A stretch of 57,163 nt of DNA, filler included, from Sphacelaria rigidula (taxonomy: Eukaryota), in the NCBI GenBank assembly GCA_964200075.2. It is 8 parts of 8 records of this genome, joined end to end, with 100 filler letters (N's around TTAATTAATTAA, not from the genome) between each part and the next. Parts side by side here need not be neighbours in the genome. Positions count along the whole stretch, not along the records: positions 35,791 to 42,848 come from CAXNAA020016716.1; positions 42,949 to 50,006 come from CAXNAA020016717.1; 6 more parts are not named here. One strand, given 5' to 3'. Below, piece by piece: positions 35,791 to 48,200 of this stretch. Within the stretch, counting starts at the first letter, position 1, and every line of letters begins with the position of its first letter. Under the pieces are notes generated by a model. It was not told the DNA's origin and made no database searches. It saw only the letters and a program-made list of their open reading frames with translations. The position numbers and the translations under genes were made by a program.

Positions 35791-35858
35791 TTCATTCACT
35801 GATTGGCCGCTTTACACTCTCAATCGTATCATCTACTCTCAATCTCACGAAAACACTG

Positions 35859-36020
35859 TTATGTATCGAAAAACACGTTGTTGTCAGAAAAGCCCTTTTT
35901 CAACAGCACGTTTTCCAACAGAATTTTTCAAACCGTTCTCAGGCTACTTCTTATGTATCGAAAAACACGATGCCAGAAAAGCCCTTTTTCAACAACACGT
36001 TTTCCAACAGAATTTTCAAA
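35859..36020. repeat. Tandem duplication, ~92-bp period
   Basis: ttatgtatcgaaaaacacg...cagaaaagcccttttt...ttttccaacagaatttt occurs twice. Confidence 0.85.
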
Positions 36021-36395
36021 GCAGCGCTTCTTACGTGATCCACGTACTATCAACATTGAAAACGCAGTGTTCATCGTTTTCTATGAGGTGTACAGGCATG
36101 ATTTCAAATTCTGGGGCGCGCGAGAGAGACGCCGTACTCTGCTGTCCTGTCGTGGTGCACGGTCCATACTGACTGGCTGTACTACTGTGATACATTGCCT
36201 GAGCAATACATGGTGGGCTTCGTGACGCAAGACCATCAATAGGAACACCGCCTTGCTGTACCAACTGACTTGACTGACTGTAGAAGTGACCTTGTGTTTT
36301 TTCACCGCACGGTAGTACATGACTGAAACGACAGCACGGACAACGGTACACACAACAACAGTGGTGTATTGCATGCATCGGCTGTAGTACTACAA

Positions 36396-36680
36396 CAGTA
36401 GCACTACCTATCTCATAGTCTTGTGTGTACTGTCAGTACGGTCCTGTATCTAAAAGGCTTGGGTGCGCAGGCAGCCTGTGCTGCAAAGCGACGTATGTGC
36501 GCAACAAGCTGCATGCACAGACCTCAACTGGGCTGCAAGTTCGCTTCACTGTACAGTACAGACACTGCTGTTGTGTTGTATGCGTTGGATCTACCGCAAC
36601 AGCAGTAGCACTACAAATCTCAATAGTCTCGTGTGTACTGTCAGTCCGGTCCTGTCTCTACAAGGCTTAGGTGCGTGGGC
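36396..36680. repeat. Direct repeat, ~207-bp period
   Basis: cagtagcactac...gtgtgtactgtcagt.cggtcctgt.tcta.aaggctt.ggtgcg at 36396 and 36603. Confidence 0.8.
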
Positions 36681-39600
36681 AGTCTGTAAAGCATTGCGAC
36701 GGGCTGTTGTTGACAACACGCTGCGTGCACAGACATAAACTGAGCTACAAAACTGTTCGGACGACATACAGCATAGACTATCGTGTCTGTACAACAGTCG
36801 CCATCGACCCTGCCCTCTGCTGTTCTCATGAGGTAAAGGGCCACCACGCTACTGGCGAGCGAAGGACAATGATGCAATACGCTGAATGCCTACGAGCACC
36901 AACGATATCAGTAGTAGTAGCGATGGCAGCCAAGCCGTCACAGGTGCTGTCGTGGGCTGTAATGTGTGTTCAAACGAGGTTCGAACGCTTTTGCAACAAC
37001 GTTTTTCGATAGCCCGGAATCACAACAGTATGTGGCATCACAACTTGTTGACTGAGCACAACACACAGCACCCGTGAACACTGGTGTCCGCTCTGACCTT
37101 GCCTACGCTTTGCGTCTGTACCCCCTGTAACAAGTCCAGTAATTTGTAGTTTTCTGATGACAACGTATGAGTAACCGTGTTCTGGAGGGATCGGCCAATC
37201 GTAGCACTACTACGGCAGATGCACAGAAAAAAGTTTCTGCGCAACTGATGAGGTCACGTTACAGGATAGGCCAAACATAAAAGAATCACGCTCGTGCGCG
37301 CACGCACACCACTGCCAGAGGGTTACACTCTGTGGCGGTTTTCTTCTGCAATCCACTGTGCTATACTGTACAGTTGTTGCGAGAGCGAAAAACAGCAGAT
37401 ATGTCAAGGATATGTAGCGGAGTTCTCATGTCAAAGAAGAGGATGACTGCAATCGATCGTACAATTAATCTGTTTTTTGGGGTATTTTTGGCCCCCGGAT
37501 TATCCGAGCCCTGGTGTGAGATCGGGGAAAAAAAAAAAGTAGGCCGGAAGGAGGAACAGGTGGGGCAAACAAAAAGGGTGGGGTTATTGTCTGAGAAGTC
37601 TGCTAGTATCCCTGGTGCTCTGATAGTGCTACTTTGTGCGGATGAGCTGAGAGAGGGGCTTAGGCTCCGTGCAGATAGATGCATCCTCGACAATCTCCCA
37701 CTCTAAGGTGATCAAGTTGCCTGCATATGTTCGTAGCCTAGTAGTTCGGCCGTTTTCTGGTGGGTGCACCAGATTGGACATACGTTGTAGCAGTAGCAGG
37801 GGTGCGTGGAGAGGGGTGCAAGGCAATGTGAAGCGACGAGCTCGGTTTCTGGTGCTAGTGCCGGTACTGTTGCTTCTACTGTTCTTCTCGAGTATGGTGT
37901 GCGAATGCGCTGTGTCCGTTCCGTAGACTCGTACACACACTGGGTTTGCTTCGTGCTCTTGTCTTGGTTTGCATCTTCGTCCTAAAATTGTACCGGAGAG
38001 GCAGCAACACGTTTCTTCTCCACTACATAACTGAGCGCTAGACACAGCACTAGACACAGCATGGTGTGGCCGCACGGTACGTTAGGTTGCCTTGGCTTGA
38101 CTCCGGTGCGGTTTGTTCTGAAAGGGGAAAGCAGGCTACATGTACGCTCTCTTCCTCGTATCTTTAGCAATGCTTCACCACGCCTCGACCAACGCAATCC
38201 ATGGTCGGGTATGATACACCAGCGCACAACTGCTGCTCAAGTACTCCACTCTCCTTGCACCGAGTATCGTGGAACAAATATTATAGCGGTTTGTGTGTTT
38301 CAATCTTGTGCCTACCTGCGACACTGATGATCGGCCTGCCCAGCACAACAAACAACGGAGGGATGGGGAGATGGGGGGCGGGGGCGGGAGGTGCTAGGCA
38401 GACGGGCCGTCGACGACAGAATAATGGCATGCGATCGATGTCAAATTTGACGGCGTGTCCGTAACTATTACTTGCTAAGGATGTATGCTGTTATCAACTA
38501 GCTTTGCGGCCTGCCTAAACTTGGTCGCCCGGATAACAACTCTTCTACATTGTGCTGCCTGTGATGTGTCCGTGTACGTGGATGATCCGGGAGGGTGCAA
38601 ACGTGACAGACTTTGCTCAACGTTCGCTCTGGGGTTTTCGGCGGGGCATCTCTTTTTCATGTACTTCATCCGAAACTGGCCACAGAGCAAATATAGACAT
38701 GTATACTAACTGTGCCGTGACGAGAGTCAGGGCAGGGCGTGTCGGGGCGGGGAATGGTGTTGCGCCGTTTCCGGTCTGTCGGCGTGCAGAGCACAATACA
38801 ACACAGGAGCGGACGAGAAAATGAGGCGCCGCTCACTGAAACTGACGGTGTACCCCGTCACTCAGAACAACTCGAGACAGACTTCGCTGAGACTCACTAC
38901 TGTCTGTAGTACGCACTATAGTAATCTCTCTCCTGTAATGTTGGACGATTCTCATGGCGTTTGTGGTGCACAAGATTTACAAGTGCGAACAACAGACGCG
39001 CGGGGTGTGAATATGTGCGCGAACGTGTTCGTGTGGGTCGATACGCAGAATCTGAGGATGCGTTCGTCACCGTAGTCTACCCACTCACTCGTGTGTGTAC
39101 AGACTGAAGGTTTCCGGCACGACACGGCATAACGTTTTATGTTATGCTGCGTTGATTCTCTCCCACGCAGAATGTTCAGTCATGCCAAGCTCATGCTCAT
39201 GTTCCGCCGCCACAACAGTACTATGGTTCTCGCTCTCGCTCTTTCTATCCTCTGCGTGGGTTCTCCTCTCCCCAAAAAAGTGCCCCAAACCGCGGCTTTG
39301 CTTTACGTTACCATCGCAGATGTAGTACAGACATGAGTACAGCAGGCAACTGTGGGTGTATCATGGACGGGGGAAAACTGAATTTCCTATTCCCCGGGAG
39401 AGTACCTGTAGTTTCCCTTCGCAATCCTGATACCCGTGAAGAACAGTGAAGTACGACTGTGCAACACGTAGTACAGTCAGTGCAAAAAAATGCCTTGTGT
39501 GTATGTGTGCGTGTGTTATCGTCCCATCTACTACTGTGGACGCCAGTCCACACCTTTCAGGATGTGTGAGCGTATCACCCGGGGGCACCCAGGAGGATTG

Positions 39601-40881
39601 TTGGCACAAGAGTTTTTCGTTTTTTATTTTGTTTCATCACTCTAGCTTCCTTCTGCGGTGATTGCCTCACCTTTTTTTTCGCGAGAAGGGTTTGGCCTTA
39701 AGCGGTCTCTTTCCCTCGTCGACTGCAGAGACGAATTTTGAGTGCATACGAGTGCTCGCTCTCTACTGCTTAGACATGATCTGAGCAAGAAAACAATCTC
39801 AGTGTGACCCCACAGAGATTCAAACGCGTTGTAAATGAAGCCTCTTTCCTGGAGGAACATCGGCATGAGGACACGTTCACGCAAGATTCGAACTCAGTGT
39901 TGGTGGAGATCTCCTTCTCTAGGGGGACATCCGCTTAAGGACACGTCCACGCTTTAAGAAACTTGGGGGATTTGACGATTAAAACGTATGACAACAAGAA
40001 GTGTTTTGGATCTCCATCGCGGGCAATCGTATACAAGAATCAAAACAGCATAGGAACCTGTAGTGCACAGTAGTAGTAACTGGTACAGTGTATGATATAT
40101 GAAGTTGGGCCTGTGTTGTAGCAGGACATCGACATTTAAGACACGTTCTCGTGTCAGGGTGCAAGGCAAATCTTACCGTGTGACACGAGCAGTGTTGGAT
40201 CTCCACTGCAGGCAATCGCACAAGTGTACACATACATACTAATCAACACGCGAAATGTTCCGTCGACGTACATAAAAGGACTATGACTGGAGCAAAGTGG
40301 CCTACGGAGATGGTGGGTCATACGGCGAACTCTTTTGCAGGCGAGCGTGAGTCTGAATCTAAAATTCATTCGTGAGGTGAAAATTAACCCACTATGCTGG
40401 CCAAAGGTTTAAAGTTTATTGCAACGGCGGCATTACAACACGTCCGCCATACGAGTAGAATGGTTTTTGCTTCTTCTGCAAGTGGTTGGGTGGTGAATTA
40501 GGTCCGCAGGATCATCTCAACCCCAAGGGCATTGTCGTTCGTGGAGTTTCTTTCGATTAAGTTCCCCCTCCCTCCCCCCTATCCCTTTTTTAAGGGTTGC
40601 CGTCGGTTGGTGACGACGCTAAAAACACACCACTCACTGCGTCAGCTAGGCAACCAGGTCACCGTTTTCTTCTTGTTCCCGGTTTTTTTTTCGCGGTAAT
40701 CGAGATGGTGAGCTAGATCGTGTTTTCCGGGGTGGGGAATCTCAACTCAGTGCAAAGGAGGTGATTGTACTACGAAGTGCTTGGATGGTGAGACACCCAT
40801 GAGGCAGTGTGTAACCCGTGGCTGTCCCTGAGCGAGACGATACCAGAAAATGAAGCAACTCATTGGAGGCTGTCATCCGAA

Positions 40882-41363
40882 GGCCGCTCCTCATGATAGA
40901 CAGAAACAAAAATCGGGAAAAGTGCCTTTTGGGGGGCTTTCACGTCGTTTCACGCCGCAAAAGAGAGCTAGGCGGAGTCTGACACCTTGGGATGACTTGC
41001 TCTAATAGTTGAGGCGGTCCCAGGACATCTTCCCGTTTTCCGGTGGCCGCAATTTTCATTTTGGCCAAACGAGAATTTTCGACCAAGAACGGTAAAAAAT
41101 AGTCAAATCTAAAAAAATCGCCACTCACTTTTCTCTGGACTTGACTGCTTTTCATCATTCGTGGACAAAAAAATTCTCGTTAGGTGAGAATGAAAACTGC
41201 GGCCACCGGAAAACGGGAAGATGTCCTGGGACCGCCTCAACTAGTAGAGCAAGCCGTTCCAAGGTGTCAAACTCCGCCTAGCTCTCTTTTGGGGCGTAAA
41301 ACGACGTGAAAGCCCCCAAAAAGGCACTTTTCCCGATTTTTTTGTCTATTATAAGGAGCGGCC
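40882..41363. mobile_element. Foldback/MITE with ~180-bp inverted arms
   Basis: 40882-41060 is the reverse complement of 41189-41363 with few mismatches; spacer about 128 bp. Confidence 0.85.
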
Positions 41364-42848
41364 GAATGCAAGATAATGAGCACGCTTCGGGTCGAACAAT
41401 CTCGGCAGGATACAGCTCACCCGTTGTGCGACTCCCCGGAAACATCACGGCGCTTCGCACTTGGTGATTGACTGCACAGGCGAAAAACCCGACATGCTCC
41501 GTCCTGGCTTTGTAGGGATGCACGGCCGATGGTCTCATGACTCCGGCATGGGAGGTCATGCCTACACCCGCCCCCCGGCGTTTGAAGGCCTTTTTCTTGT
41601 CAGGACGCACAAATGGTGGCCTTAAACTCAGTTGGTATCATGTCGGAGCCCATCTTCCTTGTGATGTTTTCGCGCGCCATCTGTGGAGTGATGCCGCGCA
41701 GTAACCCTTTGGGGCCTGGGAGTTACTGACAACCGAAAACAAGGGGGCCCACCGACTGCAGGCTAGGAGCTCCCTTCCAGAATAAGGTTAGGCCCTTTCT
41801 GATCCATGCAGGAAAAGAAAAGGCGAGAAACGGAGCGAGAGTTCAAAAGCAGCACGTTGATTGGTCGCCGGGCGGGTCCATGGTTGCGGCGACTAAACCA
41901 ACACGCTACTCTTGGACGCCTCTTCCGTTCTACGCTTTTTGCTGCAGCAGTGAAGGCGCAATACCGTACAGTACTGTACCTTAGACAGCGGAGCACCACT
42001 GTCTTCTCTTGTGCTGCGCTATGAAAGCAGGCACGAAAACACTCCCTGAATCGCAACAACTCCGGCAGCTTGCATTGTTTGAAATATCAAGGGCCAGCAC
42101 CCAGCGCTTCGCAACCACGCAGCCCGCGCTGCGCTGCGCACTGTGGAAGTACTGCGGGCCGTCTCATCGCCCTCAACAGATCTAGTCGCCACTCAATCTA
42201 CACGCCTCGGAGCTTCTGCGGAAATACCTCTGGTATTGCTGCACGAGTTTGATGCCTAGCACTTCCCCCCCCCCGCTGCCACCACCCCCGACCTTTTTTC
42301 CGGGCGAGACGAGGTTTTGTGGCCTGTGTACATTACAACATAGCCCACGTCTATGTCCATCTGTATGGGGGCATATCATGGACGGACGTGCCTCCTAGCA
42401 TGATTTCAGCAGCAGTGATGTGTCTTGAGAGATAGTTGTTAGTCAAGCCAAGAACGAGCGCACGGTGGGGATGACGAATATCACTGGTCGAGGACCAAGA
42501 AAGTATATACGGGTGTTTTGGGTAGGGTATTCCTTACGTCAAAATCAAACTCCAAGTACCCCACGGTTGGGTAGAGCGTTGAAATCGTACTCAACAACGA
42601 CCAGATATTGGAGGCAGGGAGGTTTTGCGACCGCAACTAACTATGCCCAGCATTCAAGTGAAGTGTGGAGATTGTACCACCCCAAAACAATATTTCGAAG
42701 AGTAAATACCTTGGGTATTTATACTCTACTCACCACACCCATGAAAATTTGCCAAGTACCACAGTCCGAAACCTTCACAGGCACCGTGGGTAAGGTAGGT
42801 ACCCGGTACCGGTATTTGGGACATCTCATACCCTACCGATACCGGTCC

Positions 42849-42948
42849 NNNNNNNNNNNNNNNNNNNNNNNNNNNNNNNNNNNNNNNNNNNNTTAATTAA
42901 TTAANNNNNNNNNNNNNNNNNNNNNNNNNNNNNNNNNNNNNNNNNNNN
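42849..42948. other. Artificial contig linker
   Basis: Same cassette. Confidence 0.98.
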
Positions 42949-44140
42949 GTGGATTTGGTGATTCGAACCCGTGATGATTTCGTCCCAACCGTGGAACCTT
43001 TTCGGCCAGGGCGATGTACGGTTCGTCGCATACCGCTCTGCTGTACTTGTAGTAGGAGCGCTTCCAGGCCTGGCCCTGTGGATCTCAGGAGCGGCGTCGC
43101 CGACGTTTCTGCTGTTTGCCGCCGCCGAGGTAGACGTTACGCTCAACGTATTCGTACCTTCAGCCTACCCTCTCCACGTCAACCACGTCCGCCTTCAGGC
43201 TTGGGGGGCGCACGTGCATTGTTGTTGCTGTCTTCATTTCTGCCACGGCGACGAGACCGAACGCCGCACAGACTTCGACGATGGCCGTCATCATCTTTGC
43301 CAGGTTAAGTTGAGATCGCGAGGCGATGCAAGCGCCGTCGGCGTACTAAATGGCCCCAAAGCACCTCGCCAAGCACATCCCTTGATCCTCCCGCCGCTGG
43401 CAACGACGCGAATGAAGTCCTTCGCTACCGCTTTATTGATAAGAGGAGCGATCGAAGGTCACCATCAGCAGTACTGCCGCGATGAAGATGCTCAACAAAC
43501 CGGGGGCAATCGCACAGCCTTTGCGGAGATCCTGGTCAACGCCAAACCATTCAGAAGTTTGCTGCTGCCAGGGCGCACGCTCGTTCGCCTGCCGTCGTGG
43601 GACTGGCGGTTGATTGGAATGGTATTGGCGAGGACGCCGAATCGGGCTAGCATCTCCCAGAAAAGACAGCAGTTAACTGAGTCGTACGCCTTCTGGAGGT
43701 CCGTTAAGTACACGGACATGGGGAAGATTAGACTCTCTGGCCAGTTCTTGCGCACAATGCACATCATGTCGACTGTCGACCGGCTGGGTCGGAAGCCGCG
43801 CTGAGCTTCTGGTAGAATTCCCTTCTACTGACAGTATGTGCGCTGAGGCCAGTCGCAGATATCTTGAGAACCACCTTGCCCGCGTGGGGTCCTACTGAGA
43901 TTGCCGCGGCAGTCGCCACACTCTTGCGGGTCATTCTCTTTAACAGCACCTTGATGGCACACCTTTTCACTCCCGTAGCACTACTGTATTTCCTGACACC
44001 ATACTGTGAGCACGATGTCGTGACGGTACTCGAGTATGGCAGAGTCCTCGGCGAGGCCGACATCCAACGGTTCGCCACAGAGGTTGTCAGTTCTCACGGC
44101 CGCTGTATTTTTGTTTCTTGTCGTGCTTGTATATCCACTG
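42949..44140 (-). mobile_element. Degenerate RTE-type LINE reverse transcriptase fragment
   Basis: GFRPSRST, DLQKAYDSVN...WEMLARFG, YADGA (degenerate YADD) and NVERN..; frameshifted. Confidence 0.85.
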
Positions 44141-44329
44141 CCCTCTCTCGGGATGACTTGGTAGTCCCTCAGGGGACCAACCTACCCCTCCCCCGGTCGT
44201 TGCTTCGCACCGTATATTTCGAGAATTGGATTATGACCATCAGCGCTCCCGCGACCCGTCGACGACTTTTATCGAACTTTCACTTTTGCCCCTGATTGAT
44301 TGTTTGAACAATTTATTGTCGCACTTTAA

Positions 44330-44447
44330 CCCTTTTGGAACCGATTGACGACTTTTGTTTTTGTGAATTGACATCATTTTCAGTCGTTTTCAAGTCAAAA
44401 TGATGCCGATTCACAAAAACAAAAATCGTCAATCGGTTCCAAAAGGG
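44330..44447. mobile_element. piggyBac-type palindromic MITE (118 bp)
   Basis: TTAA on both flanks (44326-44329, 44448-44451); CCCTTTTGGAACCGATTGACGA TIR; nearly the whole element is a hairpin. Confidence 0.9.
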
Positions 44448-44451
44448 TTAA

Positions 44452-44700
44452 CTGACTGACCCCCCAGGGATCCAGCCGTGGTCACATGATAGACGTACCC
44501 AAGACAAAACAAAACTGAAAACACTCGCTGAAGAAAAAGAAGGAACAGAAAAAGTCGAACAGAACAACATAGTAGACTAAGACGTAAACAAAAAAAGAAG
44601 TCAACAGCAGGAAAGTACAGAAAAAATGGCCGATCTAAAACAAAAAACAAAAGAAATGAAAAGAAAAGAGCAACAAAGGGACGGGGGGGGGAGGCGGAAA
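44452..44700 (-). mobile_element. LINE/SINE 3' tail
   Basis: T-rich tract followed by gggtacgtctatcatgtgaccacggctggatccctggggggtca on -; second copy on + at about 47740-47846. Confidence 0.6.
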
Positions 44701-45109
44701 AGCCGTAGGGATTCAGGTGAATGAACAGTATTCCGATGTTTGGAAGAAATTTTCTCCCGACTCTTTCGTCGTGACTTTTGCACGGGTTTGGGTTTCCGTC
44801 CCCAAAACACGAACGATGCGCGTTGGACGCAAGCTCATGAAGCGCACACGGCGATGACGGGGAAGACGCGGCTGATGGTAACGTACAGCGTCGCCGAAAA
44901 TTTAGGCTCAGCATTTCAAGCTCTCCACCGTTGCATGCGCGCAAGTCCCGCGTCCCGCACATGATGCCGTGCAGCACATGGTTAATATGCAAATTGACCT
45001 TTTCCCCCGTTCCACGTTTTTTCAAGAAAAAACCGCTAACACCATTCGATTACCCGTCTGACACTACAGCAACAGAATTTTCGTATAAACTGCTGTTGAG
45101 GTAATATTG

Positions 45110-46549
45110 CGAGGGCAGGTCGAGTAGAGTATACTCAATACTCAAGGATTTTCGAAGAGTCATACTTATAGTACTTGAAGTTTTAGTAGAGTGTTTGAGG
45201 CCGTGCTTAATCTATCCAAAGTTTGGGTAGAGTATTGAGGTCATACCCAAGTGATACTGTATACTCAAGTATTACTGAGAGTGCTTACTCCATAATTGAG
45301 TAGAGTATTTGAGGTCGTCCTCGATCTACTCAAAATTTGAGTAGAGTATTCGAGGCCATACTCAATCTACTCAAAATTTGAGTAGAGTATCAGAGGCCGT
45401 ACTCGACCTACTCTAAATTTGAGTTGGGTAGTGGAGGTCATATTCAATCCACTCAAAATCTGAGTAGAGTATTTGAGATCATACCCAGTCTATCCAAACG
45501 TTGGGTAAAGTATACGAGGCCGGATCCGATGTACCAACACTGACTCTTTTATGAAGGAGTTACATCTGCGGCGAGTAGAGTCGCTCATTTTAAAAATATC
45601 TGCCCGACAGCCTGTCTACTCGGTTACTCAATAATGGAGTAGCGCTCTGTACTGAAAGTGGTATCGAAGGGGTTGCGAGGTATCAAGTATCTACTGCCAT
45701 GCGTGAGGGCAGGTGAGCCGGGGCAGGTAGGTTCATTCACCTGCACGCTTTTTTTGTTTTTGTATGGTCATCATTCACTCATACTCATTGTAGCCGGTGA
45801 CGTATCGCCACTCATGTAATTGATGACCATCGCTCATGTATTCAAGATAGCCTGTGAAGTGACGTCACGAAGTCGCCAACGGTCACGGTTGGATTATTCA
45901 ACCCGAGTGATACTCTATACTATTACTGCCATGGGTGGGGGCAGTAGGTTCGTTCACCTGCACGTTTTTTTTTTTTCTGATAACCATCATTCGCTCATAC
46001 TCGTTGTCGCCCGTGACGTACCGCCACTCATGTAATCGATGGCCATCGTTCACCCATGTGTTCAACACAGTCTGCGAAGTGACGCCATAAAGTCGCCGAC
46101 GGTCACAGTTACTCATTATACCCAAGTGATACTCTTTACTCAAGCATTACCGAGAGTGCTCACTCAATATTTGAGTAGAGTATTTAATCAACTCAATTTT
46201 TGGGTGGAGTATTATTGGAGGTCGTACTTGATCTACTCAAAGTTTGGGTAGAGTATTCGAGGCCGTACTCAATCTACTCAAAAATTGAGTAGAGTATTGG
46301 GGTCATACCCAAGTGATGCTCTATACTCAAGTTACTGAGAGTGCCTACTCAATATTTGGGTAGAGTATTGGGGGTCGTGCTCGATCTACTCAAAATTTGA
46401 GTAGAGTATTTGAGGCCGTACTCGACCTACTCAAATTTTGAGTAGGATATTTGAGGCCGTACTCGACCTAATCAAAATCTGAGCAGAGTAAATACTCGGG
46501 TATTTCACTCGAGTACTAAGAAGTACATACTCTACTCGACCTGCCCTTG
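45110..46549. mobile_element. Non-autonomous hAT-like TIR element with 41-bp subterminal repeat arrays
   Basis: Perfect 21-bp TIR core agggcaggtcgagtagagtat (45112-45132 / 46527-46547); flanks taatattg / taatgtta (6/8); tandem 41-bp units in both arms; internal ~230-bp duplication. Confidence 0.85.
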
Positions 46550-46679
46550 TAATGTTATCAAGTTAAGGGTCGCAAGGAGAGGTTTGACTCGTCCAGAATG
46601 AGCAGCTTATCTCCGTATATAACGCAGGATTTTATAGAAAATAATGCGGATGAATTTCGTTTTTCAGAATAAGCCTTCA

Positions 46680-48200
46680 AAACCCTCATAATAAGCATCG
46701 AAAATATTACTCTCGAAAAGAGTGCAAATGCACTTTCCGGCCGTGATGTGTGGCCTCGCTCACTCTAAAAAGAAAAAATATATATCAGCAGTTTTGTAGA
46801 ATCCCTTGTTAACAGGGGATACTGCAAAGTGGGCACCAACGTTTTGTACGGGAATGAACGGGGGTTGAAATTGATTGTTCTGAACAGAGTCATGCAACGA
46901 TAGGGGGGGGATGAGTATTAGAGAGTTTCGGACAACGTTTTTTCCCATCTTTGAGTCAGAGTGGAAGGAAAAATAGCTGGTAACGGTGCCCTTTCCGCTA
47001 TGAAGTATTTCTTGGAGCGATTTTTCATAGTGAGAGTGCCGTTTGCACCTCTCCACTCTGAAAATCGTTGTGCCTCTTCATACTTCCAAGGTTGGGACGA
47101 ATCATCACGGGTAATCAGCAAATCGACGATTTCTTCGGCCTGATTGCTCAAACGGGAGAAAACAATTGACCGCTGGTCTAAGGAATATCCACGCAACGTT
47201 CGCGCCATTCCACGTGTCTAGGCTGCGTGTACCTGGATTGCAACGCTGAAAACGAAGTCCAGGGATTGATTCGTACGATTCGAATCAATTGCACTAAAAC
47301 CAAGTAATTTCCAGACGAATCGTCGATTTGTCCGACCCTTACATACTTCATAGCAGAACGAAGAAAAACGTCTACCTTCACCAGCATGATCACAGCCAGT
47401 TCAAAATCAATATACCCTAACAAGCAAAGTGGGACATCCATCACAACCGTCATGCTCATCACAATGGACTATTCACGAAGTAGAAACGCTTTGCATCGCA
47501 ATCAGGAGACCTCCCTGACGCTGCCTACGGTATCAGCATTAATTCGCTTGGTTGCGCTGAGTGAAAATTCAAATGCTCGGCGGATACACATCTTGGTTGC
47601 CTTGGGTGCAGTCCCTGATTCTTGTCAGCTTCAGCTACAAGAAGACGGTGTGAAACGATTCGTAGTCTACAACGCACAAGCAGTCCATCGTCATTCCGTT
47701 AGTCAGGTTGAGCCGCTTTCTCCCGCGAAATTCTGCTTGAAACCCTTTCTGTTTCCTTTTTTTTTTTCCCTTAAGAGCGTGTTTCAGGTTCGTTCTTTTT
47801 GGGTACGTCTATCATGAGACCATGGCTGGACCCCTGGGGGGTCACTTAAAGTGCGACAATCAATGAAAAAGAATCAATCAAACCGCCGTTGATAGCAGAA
47901 ATGGTTGTTCGAACGCGCTTACTTCTGATCAATAACGCTGAATCACACTGCTTGACACCGCTGTTACCCAAATACAAGCGCACCGCGAGTGTGGTAGGTC
48001 GTCTGAAGCATTTATGAGCCCATTTGTTGTGGAATCACCCCCCTCCTCCCTATCGGAACATGACTCAACAAACGCGGGGTTTTACAAACTTCGGATTTTT
48101 CTTTCGGAGGTTGAGCGAGACTCCACATCACGGCCGGAGAGTGCATCCGCATTTGTTTTTCCCGAAGATATGATATTGCGATGCTCATGAAGGTTCCGAA
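46680..48200. mobile_element. Degenerate long-TIR (Mutator/foldback-like) element
   Basis: Diverged ~85-bp inverted arms containing tgcactytccggccgtgatgtg...ctcgctca; interior has only short broken ORFs. Confidence 0.5.

Noticed and set aside
37244..37280. Hammerhead ribozyme core (CTGATGA...)
   Set aside because: Lacks GAAA after stem II and has no closing stems
37600..39730. Possible minus-strand exons in contig 6
   Set aside because: Acceptor- and donor-like sites are present, but no consistent reading frame or recognisable protein could be assembled
41420..41680. Selenoprotein-like CxxU (TICAS-TGA) on the minus strand
   Set aside because: Short upstream frame; no thioredoxin-like context after the TGA; no SECIS recognised; probably chance
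42971..44295. 277-aa and 143-aa plus-strand ORFs
   Set aside because: Antisense shadows of the degenerate RTE reverse transcriptase
45298..46490. CRISPR array (palindromic ~41-bp repeats)
   Set aside because: Units are contiguous with no unique spacers, lie within TIRs in eukaryotic DNA, and no cas genes are present
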